Shown: positions 35,890 through 46,774 of the stretch, in pieces
Position numbering within the stretch: the first letter of the stretch is position 1
How the letters are laid out: every line of letters starts with the position of its first letter
From: Anthoceros angustus
Lineage: Eukaryota > Plantae > Anthocerotophyta
Assembly: GCA_010909165.1 (NCBI GenBank)
Contig: VJWM01000025.1
Location: 620,001 to 684,000, forward strand
Length of the DNA: 64,000 nt
Direction of reading: 5' to 3'
The notes under the pieces: generated by a model
The model's database searches: none
Seen by the model: the letters and a program-made list of their open reading frames with translations, nothing else
Told to the model about the DNA's origin: nothing
Translations under genes and position numbers: made by a program

Positions 35890-37918
35890 TCTCATTCTCA
35901 CAAAATCATAATACCACGGATGATGCAGGATGAACCCCTCCGGGAGTTGGGGAGGGTACGTACATTGCTTCACGTCCCAAGCCTCAGCAACGAGTCCCAC
36001 CGGGAGTGCCAAGCTGTTGGATGTCAGGTAGGACTTGTAGGCCAGCCTGCTCTCAGGCTGCCTAGCAGAAGTTATCGTTGTGGACCTAGCATTCGCGATG
36101 ACACTGCGGCTAGGACCTACGCTCTTCCTCAAGATTGCTGGGACGACTTGAAACTCTACACTCCTGCACTCAAGATGACATGTAGGAGTGGTCAATACTG
36201 TAAATGACGGATGGAATGTTGATAGATAGGGCAAGGAAAGGAGGGCCTGTGCCCCGCTGCTTGACCTTCAGCAAGTGTGATCTGCAGGCTGGTGGTGAAG
36301 ACAAATACACGAAAACCGACGTTAGCACAACTAAAACGAGGATTCCACAGCTGCAACGCATACTCAGTGCAACACTCAAACACAGGATGCCTTGCCTCGC
36401 AGGACTGACAAGAAGAGAGACAGGCCAGCAATTGCCTTCTGCTTTTAGTCATGGCCAAACGGCCTACATTTTTATTTGGTGGCCTTGCTGCAAGATCCAA
36501 GCCTACAGCTAGGCTGGTAATCGCAACCTCCACACAAAGTTGGACTGACCCCTATCGCTTCCGACTCTCATGGCCAACCCCTATGTTTGGAGAGGGTTTC
36601 AGGTTGGGTGGGCAGGCAGGGCGTGAGTAGCTTCACGCGGTTGCTCCTACAGTTACGATGAATTATTTCAGTTGATACATGGTGCTCACCCTGCTAGGGG
36701 ATCTTTGTCTTTGGAGACAGTGACGGTTCATGCAAGCAGAGAGGGTTTGAAGACATCTGATCTCCCGCATAAACTTAAGACTTGTCTTGGTCAATACTTG
36801 AGTCAGCACTTGGGAGAAGATTTCATGCATTTGGATGGCCAGGAGCCTTTCAAAGACTCACAGGAGTCCGCTTGTGCAGTCCTGCATTTGATCAGCGGTG
36901 CCCTGAATCGGATATCAGCTGCAATTGCATCTCGGCAGTCTTTCAGCTCTGGCTTCAATGTCTGAAAGTGGATTCTGTTGTAGGACAAGAATGTAATGTG
37001 GGCATGTGGGAAGAATCCAAATCAGTTCAAGGAAACAATCCAGTGCACTTTGAATGTCGCCGCCAAATCATGTCCCTCTCCCGATATCCGTTTACTCAGA
37101 TTTGAATCTCCACTACATTTTGCACCGGCAGCAAGAACAATACGGTGGCTCCCGATTTGCGGTTGTGAGAGCTGATGAGCAGTTTGTTTGCGCCCATCAG
37201 CCAGTCGCTGTTTATGTATGGAGATCATCGGACTGCGATGGCTGCTCACCCATATCAACCACAGTCCACACCGAAACTACGGGAAGCGACGCCATTGGCA
37301 TCAGTGTTCCCTAAGGCATCTACTCTGAAGATTTCATGAAGCTGAAGCACGGACGAAATCCTGTACTTCAAAACCAGGACAATGTGGCATATGTGGCTTG
37401 ATCATACCCTCTTCCGCCATGGAATTTCCTGGTTCTGGAATTGTGAGCTGTCAATCTTTGACGTCTGATGTTTTCGCTTTGCGCACACATTTAAATAAGG
37501 AGGAACTTTGGAACGCAGCAGTTTGGGTAGCGGCGAGGAGGCACCTTCCAAGCAGTCAAAGAGAGCGAGGGGTGGGAAATTGTTTTGTTCAGGCTTGCAT
37601 TGCAATGGGCACGCAGATTTGTTCTCCCATGATTCTATCATGCACCTCTCCAGACACAGACAAGGAAGGCAGTTGCCCATCACTACGTCATCCAGATCCC
37701 TTCGTCAGCGAGTGCAGCGCGCAGGCCTTCAGAAGACAAGCAAAGAGAACATGGTCAGCCAGAGTCAGCTCCTCCAGACAGGCGTCATGCTTGTCTTCTA
37801 ATAAAGGTGATAGCGGCCATACGAATTCACAAACCCCGGTGACGTAGTTTCGCTCTGAAGTGCCGCTGATCGAGAGCAGGACGGCCATCAGCGCACGGCA
37901 GGTGGGACTTCTTAGCTC

Positions 37919-40900
37919 TTAGAGCAGCTCAGACTCTTGACAATTTTTGCAAGATCCTCGAGGATGGAGTTGGTTTGGAAGTTTGCGGAAACCTCCATGG
38001 AACCTGCTACTGCCAGAGCTTGGGCGCTCCATGGAACCTGCTGCTACTGCCTTGGGCGGGTGGGGGCGTTTCTGCTGAATGCGTGACACCCTTATCTCAC
38101 TTGATGCAGCTGAAGTCATCCTAGCTGTAGTTAGCTTTGCGCCGACATCTTCCAATATCTCATACAAAATGGCTGTTTGTTGGTGTTTGCAGTCATCCGC
38201 CAAAATACGTGCACCTGCTTGTCATGCTCGATCCAGCTCTGGCCAGGCTTCTTCCAGGAAACTGCCCTTTGCCTCAACTCATCCACCTTTCTCGCACAAT
38301 CCAACATGCCAGCATCTAGATAAATGTTTGACATGAGGACATAGGCTGCTGCGTGTTCTGGATCTTCACCTACTGCTTCAGCGAAGGCCCGCTCTCCCAG
38401 TGAAACATTACCATGTTTTCGGCAGGCGCTCAGCAGGCACAACCAGACTGGCAAACCAGGCTGAATTGGCATCTGCGAGAGCAGCATTTCAGCTTTACTG
38501 AAGAGACCTGCTCGACCGACGAGGTCCATTATACAAGCGTAATGTTCCGTGTCTGCAGCGATGCTGTATTCCCTGGTCATGGCTCCGAAGTACTCCAGTC
38601 CTCTATCGACTAGTCCAGCATGGCTGCAAGCAGACAGGAGGCCCAGGAAGGTGACTCTATCTGGTTTCAAGCCAGATTGTAACATGTAGCACAGTAGCAC
38701 TGGATGCTCGTGTTGCAATCGCCCAGCCGGGCATAGCCTGCGAAGGGCATTCCATGAGATGACGTCAGGGCGAGATAGGAGTCAAAGACACGTTGGGCAT
38801 CCACCATGCTCCCACACTTGCTGTACGCATGAATGAGGCTGGTGGCAACAGGAAGACGGTACTCCAATCCATTGTCGAGAATGGCCTGGTGGGTCTGGAC
38901 GCACATGTCTAATGCCCTGTGCTGCTGCACGCTTGGAGTACTGACACAAAAGTAACTATAATAGCTTGTTCCTCTTGCTTGCATCTGGGCATACAGTTGC
39001 AAAGCCTTTCCTCCTTGCTCCTGGGCATACGCTGCAATCATGACAGTCCACGACACAAGATCACGCTGAGACATCCTGTCAGGCACCTGCTCTGCGTCTG
39101 TGATATCCACACTTGGCATACATGTACACCAGAGTGCTGGCGACAAACATGTCTAAATCCAATCCAGTCTTGCAGCTTCAGCGTGTATGTCTCTTCCCAG
39201 TTCAAGGTAATCCAGCTTCTCACTCTGCCCATCCTCAGATGACACCTTCTCCTTTTCTGCAGCGACTCCACAAGCATGGAGAGCACTGGCCAAGGTTCGC
39301 GCATCCGGCTTCACGCCCTCCTTCTGCATCTGTTTAAACACCTGGAAGGCCTTTCCTCCTGCGCCCTGCACACAGCATACGCTGCAGTACTGTGCAGTCC
39401 ATGACACCACACCTCGCCTGGGCAATCGGTTGAAGACAAGTTCTGTGTCTAGATATCCCACACTTTGCATACATACTAAGCAAAGTGTTGCAAACATAGA
39501 TGTCAGAATCAAGCCCCCATTCTGTAGCTCCTGCATGCAATTCCCTTCCCTCTCGCAGGGATGCCACTTTGACATCTTACATGCACCAAGGTGCTTTTCT
39601 CTTTGCTGCAAGGCAGCCGCATGCATGAAGCGCACTTACAAATGTCTGCGCATCGGGCCTGCAGCCCTCCCTTTGCATCTGTCTGTAGACCTGCAAAGCT
39701 TTGTCTCCTTGGTCCTCCTCGGCATATCCTCCTATCATGGCATTCCATGCCACCACATCACGCTTGTGCAAACTTTTAAACACCTCCTCAGCATCGTTGA
39801 TGCTCCCGCACTTGCATACATACTAACCAGAATGCTACCAACAAACATGTTGGATTCAAAACCCCTTCCCGAACTCCAGCATGGATTTCCTTCCCCTTCT
39901 GCAAGGACTGTACTTTTACATTGCGGCTGTTCAGAGCTGCACTCTCCTCCTTTCTGCAATGCTGCCACACGCTCGGAGGGCACTTACAAATGTTCGAGCA
40001 TTTGGACTTATCCCCGTCTCTCGCATCTGCCGAAAGATCTGCAAAGCTCTTTCCCTCTGCTCTATCGAGCATATGAAGACAGCATTGCATTCCATGAAAC
40101 TACATTGCGCTGAGCAAGTCCATCAAATGCTTCCTCCGCATCAGCAAAGCTCCCACACTTTGCATACATACTCACCAGTGTGTTGCCAAGAAACGTGTCG
40201 GACACAAACCTCTTCTGACAGCTTCAGCATGTAACTTTCTTCCCACTTTCAAGGCTTCCAGCTTCACTTTCTCTACATCCACAAACGTGATTTCCTCCTT
40301 TTCTGCCATGCTGCCACATGCTTGAAGGGCACTGACAAACGTCCGTGCATCCGGCTTAACTCCAGCCTGATGCATCTCACGAAATGCCCTCATTGCCATT
40401 TCCCATGTCCCTGCTGTGAGTATCCTGCAAGCATCACATTCCATGCCACCACGTCTCGCTGGGACAAGCCATCAAACACCTGCCGGGCATCCACTATGCT
40501 CCCACACTTGGCGTACATGTCAACCAAACTAATCCCAACAATCCCATCCGAGTCCAGCCCACGTGCCACAACTTGAGCATGAATCCGCCTACCCTCCTCC
40601 AGGTCTTCCAATCTGCTGCATGCCTTGAGTAAGCTGACAAACGTAAAACGGTCTGGCTGCAAACCTTCCTGTCGCATCCTTCCATCGCACGACAAGGCCA
40701 CCCGAGACAATCCAGCATTGCTATACCCTGAAATGATTGCTCTCCAAGAAGCAACTGATGGGTGCGACAATCTCTGCAACAGTTGAACCCCGTCTGCAAG
40801 GCCCCCACGACTGACCAGTGTGGACACCAGCAGGTCGCCCAACTGCCTGTGGGACTCCAACCCAAGTTTTGTCGCATGAGCATAGACCTGCTTGGCCTCG

Positions 40901-41031
40901 GCAAAGGTCTTCCTGCTCTTGCACGCTTGCAACAAGCTCTTGTACTCCAGCACTGAAGGCAAACTTCCCTGCTGGTCGATTCGGAGCAGAGTAACCAGTG
41001 CCTTGTCTAACTGCCCCGCCGTGGGCACCAT
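37919..41031 (-). CDS. Native PPR gene A, PLS-E+ class (~23 motifs including four long-insert L motifs)
   Basis: ORF 40390-41076 gives a distinct N-terminus (LDKALVTLL...SVLEYKSLLQAC...QPDRFTFVSLLKAC) running into the same motifs as the chimeras. E1/E2/E+ in ORF 38131-38718. Many indels. Confidence 0.85.
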
Positions 41032-41229
41032 ATGGGAACGCACAAAAGCTCGCTCTTCATGATGATGAAATTGCAACCCAATCTGATGGCATCATCGACG
41101 TTTGTTCCGTCGGAGCTCTCAAATATCAAGCGAACCTGAAAGGCCCACTTTCAACAATGAGCAGAAGGAACAGCAGTCTGCTGAGCAAAGCATAGATGTC
41201 AGTGGGTTGTCTTCGAAGGACATCTATCT

Positions 41230-41900
41230 GAATTGTTCCGATCGGACGTCAAACTGGGTTGTCTGCCGTCGGAGGTCCATGGGAAACAGTGGTTGGTCTC
41301 CTTATTGCGTATGCTAGAGGGGTTTTCCATGTGCATCGATTCTGTGACGTTCTTGTGCCTCCTGCAGGCGTATGCTAGTGTGAGGACCCCGGTGTTGGAG
41401 AAGGGGAAGCAGCTTCATGCACAATTTAGGGTACGAGGATTCCTATCTGATGTTATTGTAGCCAACACTTTGGTGAGTGGGCAGCCTGCAGTTTGGCACA
41501 CTCTGTTGGGTGCTTTTCGAAAATGGAGCAAACTTCAAGCTGGGGGTTCCTGCTTTTAGCGAATCAGTGAAGCTAAGGAAAGATGCTGCAGCATATGTGC
41601 TGATGTCCAACATATACACAGCTATCCAGATGTGGGAGCAGGAAGAGGAGATGCAGGCGGGGAGAAAAAAGTCACAGCACGGAAGCAGCTCGGTCAGAGC
41701 TGGTGGACAGACAAGGAGGGACGGGTGCATAGCGTATTCGTTCAGGATGAGAAACATCATCCCCAGAGTTCAGCAGGGCTGAAGTCGTATTTTCCATAAC
41801 CAAAACAGAATGGACCGGAGTTGGACTTGTCACCTGTGGTCACACCTGATCATAGAAAGCTTGGAGGATGGTCAGGGAGTCTTTTACGGGCTTACTCCAA
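41230..41900 (+). pseudogene. PPR fragments (L motif fused directly to E-domain piece; S/P fragment)
   Basis: IDSVTFLCLLQAYAS...EKGKQLHAQFRVRGFLSDVIVANTLV joined to QPAVWHTLLGAFRK...AAAYVLMSNIY, followed by SLEDGQGVFYGLTPKDVVAWTAL. Confidence 0.75.
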
Positions 41901-42290
41901 AAGATGTGGTAGCATGGACTGCCTTGACATGCATGAGATTCCGGGGATTGAGGAGGAGAAGGCATGCTATTCCAAGTAGTGCTCGTGATGAGCTCGGGGC
42001 TTGTGTATGCGGTGCTTTCCCTCTTGCAACGTCGGGCTGCCCACACTTGCACATATGTCCATGTATGCCTGCAGGAGGCCCACACAAATACATGTCACTT
42101 GCACTGGGTGCACCCATCATGCCTTTTTCCTTCATAGCACTGCACAGAGAAAGGGCTTCCTGGCCCATGCCCTTGCCGACTCATGACAGGTATGACCTGG
42201 AAAAGGCATCAGGAATAGTTACTTTGTGTTGGGGAAGGAGATATGTATGGGCTTGTTGTCTGATCGTATCTGTTCTTGGTTGATTTCACT
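41884..42290 (-). pseudogene. PPR fragment, probably the distal part of paralogue C
   Basis: GMGQEALSLCSAMKEKGMMGAPSA resembles B motif GMGDEALRLHSAMQYEGIVAPGS. Confidence 0.6.
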
Positions 42291-42699
42291 CGATCACAGT
42301 ACACAAAGTCTGGGCACCAAAGATGTGTCTCCCTAGCAAGACAGAAGCGGAAGATCGGTGCAGGTGCTCCCTCCGTTGGAGATGATATGGTACAACAGTA
42401 CAATTGTTTTCAAATGGGAGATGTGGTTCGCAGTTGCGCTACTTAGTGGACGAAGAGGTGTACCTCTTTGAGCACTGCTGGACATGGACATGGGGCCTGC
42501 GTCTCAATCTCCGAAGCAATCAATGCTTCGCGCGTGTGAAGGCGGGCGTGGCATGCCATGCCTCGCCCATCACGATGCTCTCTCATCGTGGTATACTTTA
42601 AACGCAACACCATGTACAGGTCCATACAGGATGTCACTGCCGTATTTTGCCCAGCACGGCACAACCTAATACGCACCACCACCAACCATGCTTGATTTT

Positions 42700-45600
42700 A
42701 GAACCGTGCGCGAGTATGAACTGAGCGCGGGTGTCTTAAACAAACCATCCCAAAGACAAACAGATTAACCTAAACCAAGCACCCAAAGACAAACACATTA
42801 ACCTAAACCAAGCATTCGGCAAGCGTGCTCCGTCCATGGAGTGTCGAAGGTGCAATTTCGAGGCTTGGTCAATTCTGAGAATCTAACTTGGCGGTTTTGA
42901 AGGATTTGAAGATTGCCTACATTCCATGGAATAGAGTAGAAGATTTCATTTCGGTGAAGGCTTCAAATGTGCTGCAAGTTTCTATCGGAAGGATTCAAAG
43001 ACTCAAAATTCACTACCACCACCAATTGTGCCGTCCTTAGACACGCAATCACATATATCGTGTACGCAACTTCCAAGTTCTCTACACTAATTTCCCGACC
43101 ATTTGGGTTTCTGGCTTGGTGGCCTCTGTCCATGTGCTTTCTTTGCCTTAAGTTGAAGCCAAATCTTGGTATTTGTCGTGTGTTTCTATGTAGGTATTGG
43201 TGTTCATATGGACCGGAGGATTTCCAGTACCACACCCAAGAATGTGCGCATGAAGAGGATGTATGGCCAATTTTGTTGTGAAGCGATTGCGCTTATTCCA
43301 CAAGTTGCTCAAATCCTTCTTCATGAAGGCACGTAGATCGGCGGTGATATCTGTCATGGTCCAGTATGTGGGACACCCTAAATTGTCTAGAGCTCCTTGG
43401 ATCTCGAAGAGAAAAGGATTGGGTTAAACATTGTCTTTATTGCAAGGTATACGTATGGAGATTATGCGTCGGCATGTTGCGGTTGTGTCACGAGAAGATG
43501 AGTCACTACATAGGACATGAGCGTGGTGGTGACGTTCGAGATGACTACATGCGGCGCAAGGATGTGTTGAACATGAAGCGACAAGTGGAAGCGGGTGAGT
43601 GGAAACTAGACCACGATGATGTAAAGTCCACGAGATGTGGCTCAAAGTGAATCTTGACCTTATCTTCCATAGATCGAACTGGTGAACCTTTTGTTTTAGG
43701 GTTGCAAACTCCTTTCATGCGGATGTTCATCAAGCATGGTAACAATAGTGTGTTAGCCATGGACGCCACATTTGGTATGAACAAGTATAGGTACCACTTA
43801 TTTACGGTGATGGTTTTGATCAACACCTTAATGGTATTCGATTGCTTGGGCACTAACACGAGGCTACTATACTTTCTTTGGTATCATGGTTGGCGCCACT
43901 CCGACATGTCGCTCTTACAACATGTGCAACATGGGTCCCTAGTTGCTTCCTAGTTGATGATTGTTTAGCGAGATAGGTGCCTTTAAGCGGTATGGGGGCC
44001 AACATACATGTTGTGTTGTGTCTATGGCATGTAAGGAAGGCTGGCAACAAAACCTTTTAAAGAAGGTAAAGTGCATTATTGCAAGGAAGAAGATTTGGGC
44101 AGCTCTTGCGGAGATCATGTATGTCGAGGCCATAATACAAGATGGTATGTCGCATGGGGTAAGGTATTGTTAGAGTTCTTCTACAAGGAGTGGCATGGAA
44201 GTCAACCACCTTTTGTTGAGTATTTCAAGAAGCGATGGGGTGACTCTATAGGTTCTTATTCTTTGCCCAAAGTGCACTAGTTTCTTTGTGCGGTAAGGGT
44301 TGCTTGAATGGATGTTTACATGGTGTTGTGTGTAATAATGTTTCGCATTTCTTATGCCGGACATGTGGTTGAAGAACCGCAGGATGTTTCCCCGGACAAG
44401 ATACCACGTCGCTGGAGGCCTTTCATCGATTCTTGAAGGAAAGAGTATCTTTTACCAAGGCTGCGTTGCGGAAGGCGTATGGATTGGCTTCTTCATCAAC
44501 TTGTGAGCAGGTAGCACGCATCGGTACCTTGATTTCACCAAGACCGGGGTTACAAGCGAATTTAAAACTCGAGAAGGTATATGAGCATGTTTTGTCCATG
44601 AGCACCATCCTGCAGTCATATTCCGTCAGTTGGGTCTCTGCATATTGCATGTCCTCCGAGGATAGTGACAAGGTTTACGTCATTGAGGCCGCATTCTCCA
44701 TGGGCATTTTGTACTTGTGGGATGGGGCGAAAGGATTCATTTGCAAACATGTTGTGAAGGTGCAACAGTATGTGGTATATTTGAACATACTTCCGATTAT
44801 TGCGCCTTGCTTGGTGTACCAATGGATCTTATGTTCGGGCACAAGAAGAAGGAAGAACATTACGACCTAAATCTTGTTCGGAGAATGAGATATCACATGA
44901 TAATCATGTTCGGATACAACTGTCACACAATCTTGTCGCATCTTCCCATCAACCTGTAGCTTGGAGGAGTTGAAGGCTGAAGCACGTCGAGACTTGGATG
45001 CAATCATGGGGTATTCCAAGCATTGTGGAAGCCAAGCCTATTTTGTTTGAGGTCTGCGCAATAATGGAACAAGCACAACATCGTATTAGGGAAGTTGCAT
45101 TTCGGTGGGCGAGGCCTCAAGCGATAACCGGTATTAGAGGAGTTTGTTCCAATAATGGACCACCAAGTTAGTGCGTTTCAAGGGCATTGAAGAACGCTCA
45201 AGACCAAGAAGAAAAAGTGATTACTTTGTGACACCTTTAGGCTAAATTTGAAGAATTTTGCAATCGAGGGCTGAAAAATTTTGCAATCGAGGGCTGAAAA
45301 ATTTTGCAATCGAGGGCTGAAAAATTTTGCAATCGAGGGCTAAGAATTTTGCAATCGAGGAATTTGTTCGAGGAATTGCAATCGAGTGAAACAAAATTGT
45401 TACGAGGAATTTGTTCGATTTGACCTTGTATAGCTGGACTTCTTTACTAGGATGTTTTACAAATTAGTACAATAATGAAGAGGCCTCATCTCGATTCTTT
45501 GAGGGCTGCAAAATTGTTCTCGAGGAATTTGTTCGACGATATTGTATAGCTGGACTTCTTTACTAGGATGTTTTACAAATTAGTACAATAATGAAGGCTA
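42700..45600 (+). mobile_element. Mutator-like (MULE) DNA transposon remnant with SWIM-type transposase; ends not defined
   Basis: KRGCMANFVVKRL Zn-finger-like segment, RKDVLNMKR...KLDHDDVKS, VLAMDATFGMNKYRYHLFTV (MULE first catalytic D at ~43762), VEYFKKRW, and SWIM-like GFICKHVVKV at ~44740. Frameshifted. Confidence 0.85.
45254..45360. repeat. 23-bp tandem repeat x5 (AATTTTGCAATCGAGGGCTGAAA), MULE subterminal region
   Basis: Starts at 45254, 45277, 45300, 45323 and 45345. Confidence 0.95.
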
Positions 45601-46696
45601 TTGTATGGCTAGAAGGCTCTTTGACACCCGACACTGGTAACACGCCTAGCAGTTATTCTCCTTTACGCTCAGTCATGAAGGGCTCCTCACAGCTGTAATG
45701 AAGGGCTCCTCACAGCTTTAATGAAGGGCTCCTCACAGCTGTAATGAAAAGCTGCCCACACTTGCACATGCCTGTACAAGGCACACAAATGTCACTGCAC
45801 TCGGAAAAGCCATTCAATTCCTGCATAACACTGAACATACAGAGAAGGACCGCATTTCCGTGACCAAGTCGGTGAAACACTGTTTTTGTGCATCTCCAGC
45901 TTGCGAGCTGCCACACTTTGAATACATGTTTACCAAACTGTTGGCCGCAAATGCATCACCAATTCAAGCTCTCGCTCTCTAATGTGCGAATGAAGATCCT
46001 TCCTCTTCTCCAATATTAATGCCCAGGTACCCACACTTGCACATTCCATGTTACCGTGCCCATCTTTTTGAGCAAGTCCATGAAAGACTCCCCAAGCATC
46101 GTCCAAGCTGCCACACTTTGCATACATGCTTACAAGATTCCCACCTACAAACACATCAGCTTCAAGTGCTCGTTCCTGAATTTCGGCATGCAGATGCTTT
46201 CCCTTCTCCAAAGCTGCGGTGCCCAAACAAAGATGACTCGGCATCTCTGAAAATGGACAGCGTCGACCCCTGCCCCTTACCCGAGTACAACCTGCAGGCA
46301 CTGCCTATTCCAGCTGGCTGGAACATCGACGATCTTGCTCGACGGGCTGCTGGCTCCCTTACAGAGGAGATGCAATTATTGAGTCTGGATCCCACTGCCA
46401 ACGCTTGGTTCCTTGAAAGAAGTCAGGCCAGCAGGAGATCTTCCTCCTATCCCCGTCAACCCACAACTTTGTTGGGTGCACAAAGGCTGTCCCAACAACG
46501 GGTCTCCTTGTGATTGCCCTCTGCATACGTACGTGACTCGATTGCAATGCTCTGAACAAGCATGGTTCGAAGGAGCACGAGACGCGCTTATGGAAGCAGA
46601 GGCAGCTGCCAAGAGTTGTGCATCCTTGCTTGACAGGCGAGGATTTCGGTTGCTGGCATTATCTTTAGGTTTTCTTTGTTCTGTCACCTCCAACAT
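45600..46696 (-). pseudogene. Decayed PPR paralogue C (B-like)
   Basis: Leader SKDAQLLAA / QGDPLL.Q.LCTQ.SCGL is shared with B. Motifs LEKGKHLHAEIQERALEADVFVGGNLVSMYAKCGSLDDAWGVF with internal deletions. Confidence 0.8.
45675..45746. repeat. 23-bp tandem repeat x3 (ATGAAGGGCTCCTCACAGCTGTA)
   Basis: Starts at 45675, 45698 and 45721. Confidence 0.95.
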
Positions 46697-46774
46697 GGCC
46701 TACTCTAGGCAGGCCCCACGACGTTCATGCAAAAGGCAAATCAGATAGACGTGATCTCTTCCCATGCTCCATGC

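Larger units (their letters stand above)
24830..40639. repeat. Tandem array unit 3 (15,810 bp, including a 4.9-kb copia insertion and a minisatellite expansion)
   Basis: Colinear with units 1-2 except 30400-30860 and 30954-35889. Identity ends at 40639, where GTAAGCTGACA is followed by AACGTAAAACGG instead of GCCCTGCC. Confidence 0.95.

Noticed and set aside
3770-40639. Whole array as an assembly artefact
   Set aside because: Units carry private features (copia-3 with TSD versus empty sites, a private 27-bp deletion, structured SNP sharing), and the junction sequence differs from the native allele. Exact copy number still needs read support.
45254-45360. CRISPR-like array
   Set aside because: The repeats are contiguous with no unique spacers, there are no cas genes, and the context is eukaryotic.
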